42,498 bases of DNA. It comes from a virus. Lineage: Duplodnaviria; Caudoviricetes. Made by a program: the position numbers and the translations under genes. The stretch lies in IMG/VR virus record IMGVR_UViG_3300022670_000173, positions 1 to 42,498 of that record. One strand, 5' to 3'. Under the pieces are notes generated by a model, which searched no databases, was not told where the DNA came from, and was given only the letters and a program-made list of their open reading frames with translations. Positions 18,203 through 25,856 of the stretch are shown here, piece after piece (position 1 is the stretch's first letter; every line of letters starts with the position of its first letter).

Positions 18203-18900
18203 TTACTACATTGATGTGTATTAGTGCTTTTGCTCAGAGTGAATCACTTGTTTTACACACCGTAGCACAGCCCCCATATATTTATGAACCATACAGAGAG
18301 AATCAAGGCGCATTGATGGAGGCAACGAAACTAGCCTTTGAAGATGCCAAAATTGATTACACGGTTGTTTACCACACTGAATGGGATGAAGCATTTAACG
18401 AGCTAAACACGCGAAGCAATGCGGTTTATGTTGCCGATATAACGAACATAAACCGTGATGTAATGTATGGTTCTGTAAATACTGGGTTCATCGTTACAAA
18501 TGCCATTTATGCAAGAACAGACAGCTATTTTCATTATGACGGAATCGAAAGCCTAAAGGGTATGAAAATAGGTATTGTTAGCGACCGCCTAACAGGTGAC
18601 AAAGAATTTGATAAAAAATTCATGCTTAACAAATACGACTTCAGACAAAAAAACGATGTAGAACACCTTCTAATGTCGTTATATATGGGATGGGTTGACG
18701 TTGCCATATTACCGCAAGAACTCGCTGAACACTCTTTACGAATGAGGTTTGGGAAAACACAATACAAGATTGAACAACGAGGACAACTAAACAAAGAATA
18801 CCTTCGGCTTATTTTCAATAACAAAATCTCAAAAGAAACAATTAGAAAAATTCAAAAATCTTATGATGAAGTAAGAAAGGGAATTAGGATTTATTGGTAA
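18187..18900 (+). CDS. Periplasmic solute-binding protein (family 3 / type II PBP fold)
   Basis: Signal peptide ending SAFA; PPY motif, W..A, I.SLKGMKIG, L..L..GWVDVAI pattern. Confidence 0.8.
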   Translation: MQKILITTLMCISAFAQSESLVLHTVAQPPYIYEPYRENQGALMEATKLAFEDAKIDYTVVYHTEWDEAFNELNTRSNAVYVADITNINRDVMYGSVNTGFIVTNAIYARTDSYFHYDGIESLKGMKIGIVSDRLTGDKEFDKKFMLNKYDFRQKNDVEHLLMSLYMGWVDVAILPQELAEHSLRMRFGKTQYKIEQRGQLNKEYLRLIFNNKISKETIRKIQKSYDEVRKGIRIYW

Positions 18901-18944
18901 TAATTTTACAAATAGATTGCAATAAATCAAAAAAGGGCTATTAT
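18901..18944 (+). promoter_or_regulatory. Early promoter P2 (conserved family)
   Basis: TAAT-TTTACA-N6-TTGCAA-N16-TATTAT. Confidence 0.75.
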
Positions 18945-18994
18945 TCCAATTAATCAAGGGAAACAAACCAGTTTATCCCGTTGGAGAAATAACC

Positions 18995-19210
18995 ATGACA
19001 ACCACACAGATTTTTAATTTCCTCGTTAACCGCCTCAAGTTCATTGATGAAATGAGAGTTTCAGAAAAACTAAAGTTAATCCTCGTTCGTAAATTCTTAT
19101 TAAAAAACGGCGCGACAAATTGCCCGTCATTTGAATCCTTTAAAATCTCCGGCGTTTCAATTTCAGCTTCATTATTAAATAATGAAATCACCATTTCAGT
19201 TAGGGCTTAA
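18995..19210 (+). CDS. Hypothetical protein
   Basis: GGAGAAATAACCATG leader. Confidence 0.7.
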   Translation: MTTTQIFNFLVNRLKFIDEMRVSEKLKLILVRKFLLKNGATNCPSFESFKISGVSISASLLNNEITISVRA

Positions 19211-19212
19211 TC

Positions 19213-19440
19213 ATGCTTACAAAATTAAGAACATTATTTAGAAAATCAAAATTAACAATGACGCAAGCGGCAATAGAATGCTGCATGACAACGCCGGAAT
19301 TTACCCTTTTAATGCAAGGCAGAACTTCAGGCATCCCAAAAACAGCTATTAGAATCTTAGAAATAAATATAAAGCTGAATGAATCAATACAAGATAATGA
19401 GCAATTATTAATTGAATTACAGGAAGAAAGAAGCTTATGA
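19213..19440 (+). CDS. Putative XRE-type helix-turn-helix protein
   Basis: LRTLFRKSKLTMTQAA....T......MQGRT..IP pattern. Confidence 0.55.
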   Translation: MLTKLRTLFRKSKLTMTQAAIECCMTTPEFTLLMQGRTSGIPKTAIRILEINIKLNESIQDNEQLLIELQEERSL

Positions 19441-19760
19441 GCCATAAAAAGAAAAGCTTTCCTGAAAGCATGTTTGCAACTTTCTATAAAAATCTGAGCG
19501 ATAAATTACCGCCAAAGCATTTTAATTATAATTGTTCGTCAATGTCACCACTTGAATTGAATATAGCAATGTCGAAAGCGTTAGCTGACTCAATACACGA
19601 AGACAACATAAGAGCAGCTAGAGAGGCTAGAGGCTTTTGTGAGCCATTACAGGGCAATAGAAAGTCCGTAATGTTCAATGATGGCAGATATGAACTAACA
19701 ACAAATTTAACTCAAGATTCACTAATCAGATCACTAAAGGTTTTATATGCAACTTTCTAA
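19437..19760 (+). CDS. Hypothetical protein
   Basis: ATGA-coupled ORF. Confidence 0.6.
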   Translation: MSHKKKSFPESMFATFYKNLSDKLPPKHFNYNCSSMSPLELNIAMSKALADSIHEDNIRAAREARGFCEPLQGNRKSVMFNDGRYELTTNLTQDSLIRSLKVLYATF

Positions 19761-20175
19761 AGGCAAAAAAGAATTCACTATGACTTTAACTCAAGGTTAT
19801 TTTGAATCTAGTAAATTTAGCGTTTATTCATATTCTTATTGCGAGCCATTACCACCTGTTTCTCTTATGGAAAACAAAATAGTAATACCTGATGATACTT
19901 ATGAAATAAGACAAGCAATTGATATTAAATTTACAATTGATTTAACGGAAAGATTTATTTCAATAAATATTTTATCAAATGATAATTCTATGGCTGACTT
20001 AGAAAGACCATTTGGATTTATAAACTTTAGAAAAGAAATAGAGCAAGTTGATATTGATATGTTTATATATTCAATGTGCGACGTTATAGGAGGCAAAGAA
20101 TATAGAAACAATTGTCTTAATTATATGTCGCAATTTATAACACGAAGACCATTACCACCACAGGGCTTTGAATAA
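19747..20175 (+). CDS. Hypothetical protein
   Basis: ORF in operon, very AT-rich. Confidence 0.6.
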   Translation: MQLSKGKKEFTMTLTQGYFESSKFSVYSYSYCEPLPPVSLMENKIVIPDDTYEIRQAIDIKFTIDLTERFISINILSNDNSMADLERPFGFINFRKEIEQVDIDMFIYSMCDVIGGKEYRNNCLNYMSQFITRRPLPPQGFE

Positions 20176-20420
20176 TGAAACAATGGATTAAAAGGGTTTT
20201 CCCTTGCTTGCTTTCTGAAGTTGAAACAGAGAATATTCTAAAAGAGAAAATGAAAACAAAGGACGCAGAATTCAAAAGAACAGTTAGTGAATTCAAAGCA
20301 CAAGTAACAAAGCAAGAGGCGCAAATTGAAAGCCTTGGCGTGATGTTATTTGAGCGTAGAAAATATGTAAAAGAATTAAAATTATCTATCGAAAAAATAG
20401 GAGATAAGGGAGGTAATTAA
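20175..20420 (+). CDS. Hypothetical coiled-coil protein
   Basis: TAATG-coupled ORF. Confidence 0.6.
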   Translation: MKQWIKRVFPCLLSEVETENILKEKMKTKDAEFKRTVSEFKAQVTKQEAQIESLGVMLFERRKYVKELKLSIEKIGDKGGN

Positions 20421-20421
20421 C

Positions 20422-20799
20422 ATGGTTATTAAAAAAAACCATAAAGAAGTTTATGCTTTTCAAAAGTGGTGGGATGAAGTAGGCAGCTCTATAACGCCAT
20501 TAATTAATAATGATATGGCTGAACATTCTATGATTATCGGCTTAATGGCGTTTAAAGAGGCTTTGAAGACGAAATGGCATGAAGCCACTGAAAGACCCGA
20601 CTTTGATTACCATAACTTTCAGAACCGCGTTTTGGTTGAATCTAGCTATGGTGTAAGGTGCGCTTGGTTCTCAACGATTGACCAATGCTTTCAAGATTGC
20701 GAAACAGATACGGACGAGGACACAATGGGCATCAATGGAAAACGCTTTGTTGTCTACCGATGGCAGTATTTACCGGAGGGAAAAGAAGAAAGTGTTTAG
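20422..20799 (+). CDS. Hypothetical protein with DUF551-like C-terminus
   Basis: WH...ERP...VLV...V.RWQYLPE motif; strong GGAGG SD. Confidence 0.65.
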   Translation: MVIKKNHKEVYAFQKWWDEVGSSITPLINNDMAEHSMIIGLMAFKEALKTKWHEATERPDFDYHNFQNRVLVESSYGVRCAWFSTIDQCFQDCETDTDEDTMGINGKRFVVYRWQYLPEGKEESV

Positions 20800-20819
20800 C
20801 CCGTTAATTCGGGCTTTTT
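20798..20819 (+). terminator. Intrinsic terminator
   Basis: AGCCCG-TTAATT-CGGGCT-TTTT. Confidence 0.88.
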
Positions 20820-20840
20820 ATTGCCTGCTATAAATAAATG

Positions 20841-20888
20841 AGAATAGTTTTACAATTACCTTGCATGTAACGAAAATATCTCTATAAT
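20841..20888 (+). promoter_or_regulatory. Early promoter P3 (conserved family)
   Basis: AGAATAGT-TTTACA-N6-TTGCAT-N16-TATAAT. Confidence 0.82.
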
Positions 20889-20926
20889 TCATTTTATCAG
20901 CTCAACAACTAAACGAGATAACGATT

Positions 20927-21289
20927 ATGAAAACAATTAAACTTTTTGATAAATCCGGCAATAAATCAATAGGCGTTTTTCACGACCATCAAGGATTTTT
21001 AGCTTTAACTTTCGCTGAATCAAAAACTTTCAAAACTGAAAAAGGCGCGTTTAATTGGTTGGCAAAGCGTGGTTATGAAGTTAAAGAAGCACCAGTTGTG
21101 CAAGTTCTGGCAAAGACAGAAACCAGCCTTCTAGGTTATCACTATCAAGCTGAAAAATATTCTCATGGGTTTGTGGTCGCTGAATACAGAAACGGCGAAT
21201 TAATGGAATACAAATCGGAGTTTATGAAGTCAAAAGATTACATTATGAAAATATTTAATCGTGTTCGATGTAACTTAAAGGAGATTTAA
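20927..21289 (+). CDS. Hypothetical protein with DUF1391-like N-terminus
   Basis: GVF...GFLALTFAESKTFKTEKGAFNWL resembles DUF1391 prophage proteins. Confidence 0.65.
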   Translation: MKTIKLFDKSGNKSIGVFHDHQGFLALTFAESKTFKTEKGAFNWLAKRGYEVKEAPVVQVLAKTETSLLGYHYQAEKYSHGFVVAEYRNGELMEYKSEFMKSKDYIMKIFNRVRCNLKEI

Positions 21290-21292
21290 ACC

Positions 21293-21547
21293 ATGAAAAA
21301 AATACTATTAGTTTTGGCAATCGTATCCTTAACAGCGTGTAATGATGGCGTTAAACGCTCAGAATGCGGCTATACAAGCGATGATTACTTAAGATACAGA
21401 ATTATAGAAACGGGCGAATATTGGGTTATAAGCACAGCTAACGGCGCTAAGCGAAAAGTAAATCCTGTTTCATGCTCGGTTTACTACCAAGACATAACAT
21501 TAATTGATATTTCATTTATTGACGTTACATTTAACAGCATACGATAA
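21293..21547 (+). CDS. Small lipoprotein
   Basis: MKKILLVLAIVSLTA-C lipobox signal peptide. Confidence 0.8.
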   Translation: MKKILLVLAIVSLTACNDGVKRSECGYTSDDYLRYRIIETGEYWVISTANGAKRKVNPVSCSVYYQDITLIDISFIDVTFNSIR

Positions 21548-21561
21548 CCGGAGTAATAACC

Positions 21562-21699
21562 ATGAATGATAAATTTTATTTAGGCAGATCAAAAAAAAGC
21601 GGTGAAGATTTAGCGGGTATTATTATCGGCATACCGTTAACGCTTTTTATGGGCTGGGCGGTCTGTAAGTTTATATTAATGATGTTTACCGGAGAGTAA
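21562..21699 (+). CDS. Small membrane protein (45 aa, not in ORF track)
   Basis: Starts in repeat motif; MNDKFYLGRSKKSGEDLAGIIIGIPLTLFMGWAVCKFILMMFTGE. Confidence 0.7.
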   Translation: MNDKFYLGRSKKSGEDLAGIIIGIPLTLFMGWAVCKFILMMFTGE

Positions 21700-21703
21700 A
21701 AAG

Positions 21704-21916
21704 ATGGCTAATAAAATTATTGAAAAAATGAAGCGTTGTAAAAAATGCAAAAAGCATACTGTACACAAATGCAATTCTGACTCAATGGGTATACTGGCAC
21801 TAATGATAAACATAATACTTGTTGTCATTACGGGCGGTTTTTGGCTTATACCATTGTTTTTGTATTTAATATTAACCATTCCATTTTTTAGTAAATGGAC
21901 TTGTAGCGAGCATTAA
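21704..21916 (+). CDS. Zinc-ribbon membrane protein (LITAF-like layout)
   Basis: CKKC, hydrophobic hairpin, then WTCSEH. Confidence 0.65.
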   Translation: MANKIIEKMKRCKKCKKHTVHKCNSDSMGILALMINIILVVITGGFWLIPLFLYLILTIPFFSKWTCSEH

Positions 21917-21930
21917 CCGGAGAAATAACC

Positions 21931-22107
21931 ATGAGTAAGAAAAAAGTTAAATATTATTATGTATACGATGGGCGCGGAATAGAAGACGGACAAGTATTTG
22001 CCGTTATCAATGCAAAGAGTGACCAGCAAGCCCGCAAAGAATGGGTGGAAGAATGGGAAGATTATGACACCACTCTTTTTGATAATAATGGAAACCAGAT
22101 ATTTTAA
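21931..22107 (+). CDS. Hypothetical protein (58 aa, not in ORF track)
   Basis: Begins and ends exactly in two repeat motifs. Confidence 0.75.
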   Translation: MSKKKVKYYYVYDGRGIEDGQVFAVINAKSDQQARKEWVEEWEDYDTTLFDNNGNQIF

Positions 22108-22121
22108 CCGGAGAAACGACC

Positions 22122-22400
22122 ATGAATAACCAGAAACGAATTATTAAAGTGACTAACTGTAATGAATGCCCATTTTGCGGTCAGTGCGCGGCATGGCAAA
22201 AGCTAACCAAAAAGCAGATCGTAACCTTAAACCTTGGTGTTGGAATACCCGCTGACTTCATGCTTGCTGAATGTCATTTAGAAGCCGAAGAAGATACCGA
22301 TAAAATGAAAAAGCTTATTGATAAGCATATTACAGGCGTTTCTTGTAATGACTGTGATGAATTTCTTGAACATTGTGAATGCGAGGGCAACCAGCTATGA
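22122..22400 (+). CDS. Cys-rich hypothetical protein
   Basis: CNECPFC and CNDC-x6-CEC; repeat leader. Confidence 0.75.
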   Translation: MNNQKRIIKVTNCNECPFCGQCAAWQKLTKKQIVTLNLGVGIPADFMLAECHLEAEEDTDKMKKLIDKHITGVSCNDCDEFLEHCECEGNQL

Positions 22401-22666
22401 AACTAACTAAAAAAGAACAGGCATGGCTTGACCGTCTTGAAAAATTACTATCAGCCGCGCCGAAAAGCTTAGACAAAAAAGTTAGTTCTTATACTGTCGG
22501 TGATGCTGATATTGTCCTATATGATAGGGCTAAATACGAAAAACACTTTGAAGAAAATCCAGTGCCATACACTGATAACCGTGATCAATGCAGCCTTGTA
22601 TCTGATTCAGATAGTGAGATTGTAACTTTTGATTTCCCTTTTTCAATTGAATCAACAGCGGGGTAA
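22397..22666 (+). CDS. Hypothetical protein (ATG 22397 preferred)
   Basis: ATGA overlap, GAGGG SD. Confidence 0.7.
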   Translation: MKLTKKEQAWLDRLEKLLSAAPKSLDKKVSSYTVGDADIVLYDRAKYEKHFEENPVPYTDNRDQCSLVSDSDSEIVTFDFPFSIESTAG

Positions 22667-22672
22667 ATAACC

Positions 22673-23071
22673 ATGACTATTAAAATGAAGCTAACTAAAA
22701 GTGAATTCACGCAATTAGTGAGCGGTATTGTAAGCGGCTTATCTATTGATAAAAGCGACCAGTGGCATGATGTAAGGGATTATGAAAACCTTGATTGTGA
22801 AGATATTTTAAGCCTTGTAGATGAATACTTTGAAGGTGTTGATTGCGATGATAACGACCGCCTAACAGAAGAAAACAAAAACCTTCTTGATAATCGCGCC
22901 GACTTAGTTGAATTTATTAAATTAACATTAATTCGTGGCATTGAAAAAGATGAAGAATTAAAAAATCTTAAAGAAATAAACGAACAGCTATCAAAAGAAT
23001 TAGCTGAATCAGTGAATTTTATAAATGATATGGGCGATAAAATGGGAAATTTAGCAAGTAGGGGTAAATAG
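22673..23071 (+). CDS. Acidic coiled-coil hypothetical protein
   Basis: GGGGTAAATAACCATG leader. Confidence 0.7.
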   Translation: MTIKMKLTKSEFTQLVSGIVSGLSIDKSDQWHDVRDYENLDCEDILSLVDEYFEGVDCDDNDRLTEENKNLLDNRADLVEFIKLTLIRGIEKDEELKNLKEINEQLSKELAESVNFINDMGDKMGNLASRGK

Positions 23072-23073
23072 CC

Positions 23074-23274
23074 ATGTTTTATAAGCTTTGTTCTTCTTTG
23101 CGGACTGCTTATTTAAGCAATCCATTATTTAAAAGTGGTTGTAAATTATCATTTGAAAATCGTGATACTTATATAGAAATGACTGAAAAAGCAATTGTTT
23201 TGCAGATTGAAGAAAATGAACGATTACAAAAACAATTAATAAAATACGCCTCGAAATACGGCGCTATTGAATAA
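23074..23274 (+). CDS. Hypothetical protein
   Basis: Ends in repeat motif. Confidence 0.65.
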   Translation: MFYKLCSSLRTAYLSNPLFKSGCKLSFENRDTYIEMTEKAIVLQIEENERLQKQLIKYASKYGAIE

Positions 23275-23288
23275 CCGGAGAAATAAAA

Positions 23289-23468
23289 ATGGGTAGCCCT
23301 TACATAAAGAAAACAATAGACCCTTCAGAACCTCATTATTTTGTAATGAAGCCTGAAGAAATTGGTGATAAGCCAAATAGGGTTATCCCTTCGCTTACAG
23401 TATGCAAAATATGTGGCTCATTTCGAGAAACTAAAATTTGTATAAGACATTATATTTCGGAGGTATAG
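23289..23468 (+). CDS. Hypothetical protein (59 aa, CxxC; not in ORF track)
   Basis: Starts in repeat motif at 23272. Confidence 0.65.
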   Translation: MGSPYIKKTIDPSEPHYFVMKPEEIGDKPNRVIPSLTVCKICGSFRETKICIRHYISEV

Positions 23469-23470
23469 CA

Positions 23471-23617
23471 ATGCTATTTAGAAAAACAATGAAGACAAAG
23501 AAAAAGCAAATATTCACAAGCAAAGATAATGATTATAAATCTAAGTCTCTTTATCGCTTAACAACGTATTGGTTTTTAATTATACCGATATATTCTTATG
23601 AAGAATTTATTGATTAG
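23471..23617 (+). CDS. Small basic hypothetical protein (48 aa, not in ORF track)
   Basis: GGAGG SD; stop TAG is the start of repeat copy 23615. Confidence 0.7.
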   Translation: MLFRKTMKTKKKQIFTSKDNDYKSKSLYRLTTYWFLIIPIYSYEEFID

Positions 23618-23631
23618 CCGGAGTAATAACC

Positions 23632-23727
23632 ATGACAATATTAAAAATTTATAGCTACGGTGGTCGCAGGGTTTGTAATAGCTGCGGAGAGTATCGTGAT
23701 CAGTGTGATTGTATTGATGATTTATAA
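23632..23727 (+). CDS. 31-aa Cys-rich microprotein (not in ORF track)
   Basis: Starts in repeat; MTILKIYSYGGRRVCNSCGEYRDQCDCIDDL. Confidence 0.65.
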   Translation: MTILKIYSYGGRRVCNSCGEYRDQCDCIDDL

Positions 23728-23757
23728 GCTAATAAAATATAATTAAAGGGGTATGGC

Positions 23758-23994
23758 ATGAAAAGATTAGTTTCAACAGATGGCAATGGTTCAAATTTAA
23801 TTGACGTTAAGGGGCTGGGGCAATACGTACCAATTAAAGTTTCTTATGATCAAGAAAAGAAAATAAACATTCTAAAAAATCGCGTTGCCGAATTAGAAAA
23901 AAACATTTGCATCTATGCGCGCGAAGAAATAGCAGAATTTCACTTTGAAAGTGATCAAGAGGCGTTAGACTTCTTTTCAAAATACGATAAATAA
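23758..23994 (+). CDS. Hypothetical protein
   Basis: AAGGGG SD; ends in repeat. Confidence 0.7.
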   Translation: MKRLVSTDGNGSNLIDVKGLGQYVPIKVSYDQEKKINILKNRVAELEKNICIYAREEIAEFHFESDQEALDFFSKYDK

Positions 23995-24008
23995 CCGGAG
24001 TAATAACC

Positions 24009-24251
24009 ATGAGCAAAGAAGATTTAACTCAAGAAAAAGTAAACGATTTATTTAAAGCAGTAAAATTAGAGTGGGATAATGCCGTTGCTGAAAGTGGCAG
24101 AACTGAGAAAATGTTTATCATTATGGATAGATCAGGGCTTGTAAGTAATTTTATGTTGAATTATAAGGAAGCAAAAGACCATATTGAAAGCCTTGGTTTA
24201 GAAGTCCCTTTTGAAATTGAAGGCTTAACAATCACATTTAATCAGGAGTAA
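24009..24251 (+). CDS. Hypothetical protein
   Basis: Starts in repeat. Confidence 0.75.
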   Translation: MSKEDLTQEKVNDLFKAVKLEWDNAVAESGRTEKMFIIMDRSGLVSNFMLNYKEAKDHIESLGLEVPFEIEGLTITFNQE

Positions 24252-24256
24252 TAACC

Positions 24257-24487
24257 ATGAAATTTATTAGAATTAATAGTTTTTTGATAAACCTTGATAA
24301 CGTAACCAGCATAAATATTTCTGATGATAACCTTATGATTTTTAGCTTTGAGAAAGATGATGAACTATATGTTGAATGCCCATCAAATCAGACAATGGAG
24401 GCAATGAGGGGTAATATTCTAAAGGCAACGGGATTGGATAAGCCAATATTACCACCACCGCCAACACCACCAAATAATAAGGCGTGA
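24257..24487 (+). CDS. Hypothetical protein with Pro-rich tail
   Basis: Starts in repeat; INLDNVTSI motif. Confidence 0.75.
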   Translation: MKFIRINSFLINLDNVTSINISDDNLMIFSFEKDDELYVECPSNQTMEAMRGNILKATGLDKPILPPPPTPPNNKA

Positions 24488-24675
24488 TTATGAAAAACAA
24501 AATATTAACTATAAATGCTGGTGATGTGGTTAAGATGAAGTTCGATTCAGGATTTAGCATGGTTGAATCTGTTGATTATGACCAAAAAACTTTCCTGATA
24601 GATGCAGGTGATGACTACAAGTACGAATATGATTTAGATGAAGTGCAAGAGGTTTACCGAAAAGATTTTAATTAA
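24484..24675 (+). CDS. Small acidic hypothetical protein (SH3-like beta pattern)
   Basis: INAGDVVKM..VESVD; last gene before terminator. Confidence 0.65.
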   Translation: MIMKNKILTINAGDVVKMKFDSGFSMVESVDYDQKTFLIDAGDDYKYEYDLDEVQEVYRKDFN

Positions 24676-24687
24676 GCATAAACAACT

Positions 24688-24709
24688 AGCCCTTTGATTA
24701 GGGCTTTTT
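24688..24709 (+). terminator. Intrinsic terminator
   Basis: AGCCCT-TTGATT-AGGGCT-TTTT. Confidence 0.85.
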
Positions 24710-24753
24710 CATGCCTGAAATTTAGTTTCAAGTTTGAAACTGCCATTAATAAA

Positions 24754-24803
24754 TTAAAATAATCATTGCTAATATATATACTTTCTATATAGTGAGTATA
24801 TAT
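24754..24803 (+). promoter_or_regulatory. Replication-operon promoter (family variant) with overlapping palindromic operator
   Basis: TTAAAA-N6-TTGCTA-N16-TATAGT; palindrome ATATATACT-TT-CTATATAG-TG-AGTATATAT (24774-24803). Confidence 0.65.
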
Positions 24804-24820
24804 CAACTGAGGATTACAAG

Positions 24821-24955
24821 ATGAAAAGATTAATTGATTTTAAAAGCCTGTTTGAAGAAATTAAAAAGTTTGCTGATGACCATTGTGAAGGAAATTTTTC
24901 ACTAGCAGTTAGAACGCTGATTAAGAAAGGTTTACGTTCACAGCCTGAGCATTAG
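24821..24955 (+). CDS. Ribbon-helix-helix-like regulator (44 aa, not in ORF track)
   Basis: GAGG SD; MKRLIDFKSLFEEIKKFADDHCEGNFSLAVRTLIKKGL fits strand-helix-G-x-x-S-helix pattern. Confidence 0.7.
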   Translation: MKRLIDFKSLFEEIKKFADDHCEGNFSLAVRTLIKKGLRSQPEH

Positions 24956-24968
24956 AAGGGGTTTAATC

Positions 24969-25856
24969 ATGCACTATTACCAATTCAATATAGGTGATTA
25001 CGCAAGCCATACAAGCAGGTTAACCCCGCTTGAAGACGTGGCATATAGAAGAATGTTAGACGTGTATTATTTGAGTGAACAGCCGTTGAACGGGTGTGCA
25101 ACAGACGTTGCTAGAGAGATTGGAATGACTGAATATCTTGATTCAGTTGAGTACATTTTAGCGAAGTTTTTTATCAAAGAAGAAAATTGTTTTTCACAAA
25201 AAAGAATTGATTCTGAAATCAAAAAATACAAATCTAATGCAAAAAATAAAAGTAAAGCTGGCAAGGCATCCGCGAAAGCTAGACGCAGCAAGGCTTTGGA
25301 GGGGTCAACACCTGTTGAACAGACGTTGAACACAAAGGCAACAACTGAGCAACTAAACATAAACCATAAACCATTAACCATTAACCAAGAAACAGTAAGT
25401 GATAGTAACTCTTGTTCGGAGAAGAAACCGAACGTGAAAAAGTCCAAATATAATTTTAATGATGATCAGATGAATTTTGCTAAGTATTTTCAGAAATGCT
25501 TGAAAGAAATTAATCCTAATCAAAAAGAACCGAATTACGAAGCATGGGCAAATGATGTTCGATTGTTAAACGAGGTTGATAAACGTGATGGACAATTGAT
25601 AAATTCAGTTTGGGAATGGGCAAGGAAGGATTCATTTTGGCAATCAAATCTTTTATCACCGTCAAAATTTAGAAAACAGTTTGACGCTTTGGTAATCAAA
25701 TTAAATCAAGTGAACGGAAAAAGCGAAAATAACAGCAATTCAACAATTGACGTACTGAAGGAAATTTATAATGAACAGCAATCAATTAGCTCTGAAGGTA
25801 ATGGTCAAATTATCGGCAATGTATCCACAGGGGGAATCACAATTCAAGGGCGATAA
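24969..25856 (+). CDS. Replication initiator (YdaU/DUF1376 N-terminus, O-like C-terminus)
   Basis: MHYYQFNIGDY...LTPLE..AYRRMLDVYY; C-terminal FWQSNLLSPSKFRKQFD. Confidence 0.85.
   Translation: MHYYQFNIGDYASHTSRLTPLEDVAYRRMLDVYYLSEQPLNGCATDVAREIGMTEYLDSVEYILAKFFIKEENCFSQKRIDSEIKKYKSNAKNKSKAGKASAKARRSKALEGSTPVEQTLNTKATTEQLNINHKPLTINQETVSDSNSCSEKKPNVKKSKYNFNDDQMNFAKYFQKCLKEINPNQKEPNYEAWANDVRLLNEVDKRDGQLINSVWEWARKDSFWQSNLLSPSKFRKQFDALVIKLNQVNGKSENNSNSTIDVLKEIYNEQQSISSEGNGQIIGNVSTGGITIQGR
25300..25395. repeat. Probable replication origin inside initiator gene
   Basis: (C/G)AAC units at 11-bp spacing (25306, 25317, 25328, 25339, 25350), then tandem 7-mers AAACCAT/TAACCAT (25361-25388). Confidence 0.65.

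Larger units (their letters stand above)
21545..24259 (+). repeat. Dispersed 20-nt stop-SD-start repeat, consensus TAACCGGAG(T/A)AATAACCATG
   Basis: Copies at 21545 and 23992 (identical), 21914, 23615, 22105, 23272, 24240; weaker ones at 22656 and 23058; related copies at 15374, 18978, 31339, 31540. Confidence 0.9.

Noticed and set aside
21545-24259. 20-nt repeats as a CRISPR array or integron attC sites
   Set aside because: Spacing is irregular (hundreds of bp), the intervening sequences are intact ORFs, the repeats are not palindromic, and no cas or integrase gene is present
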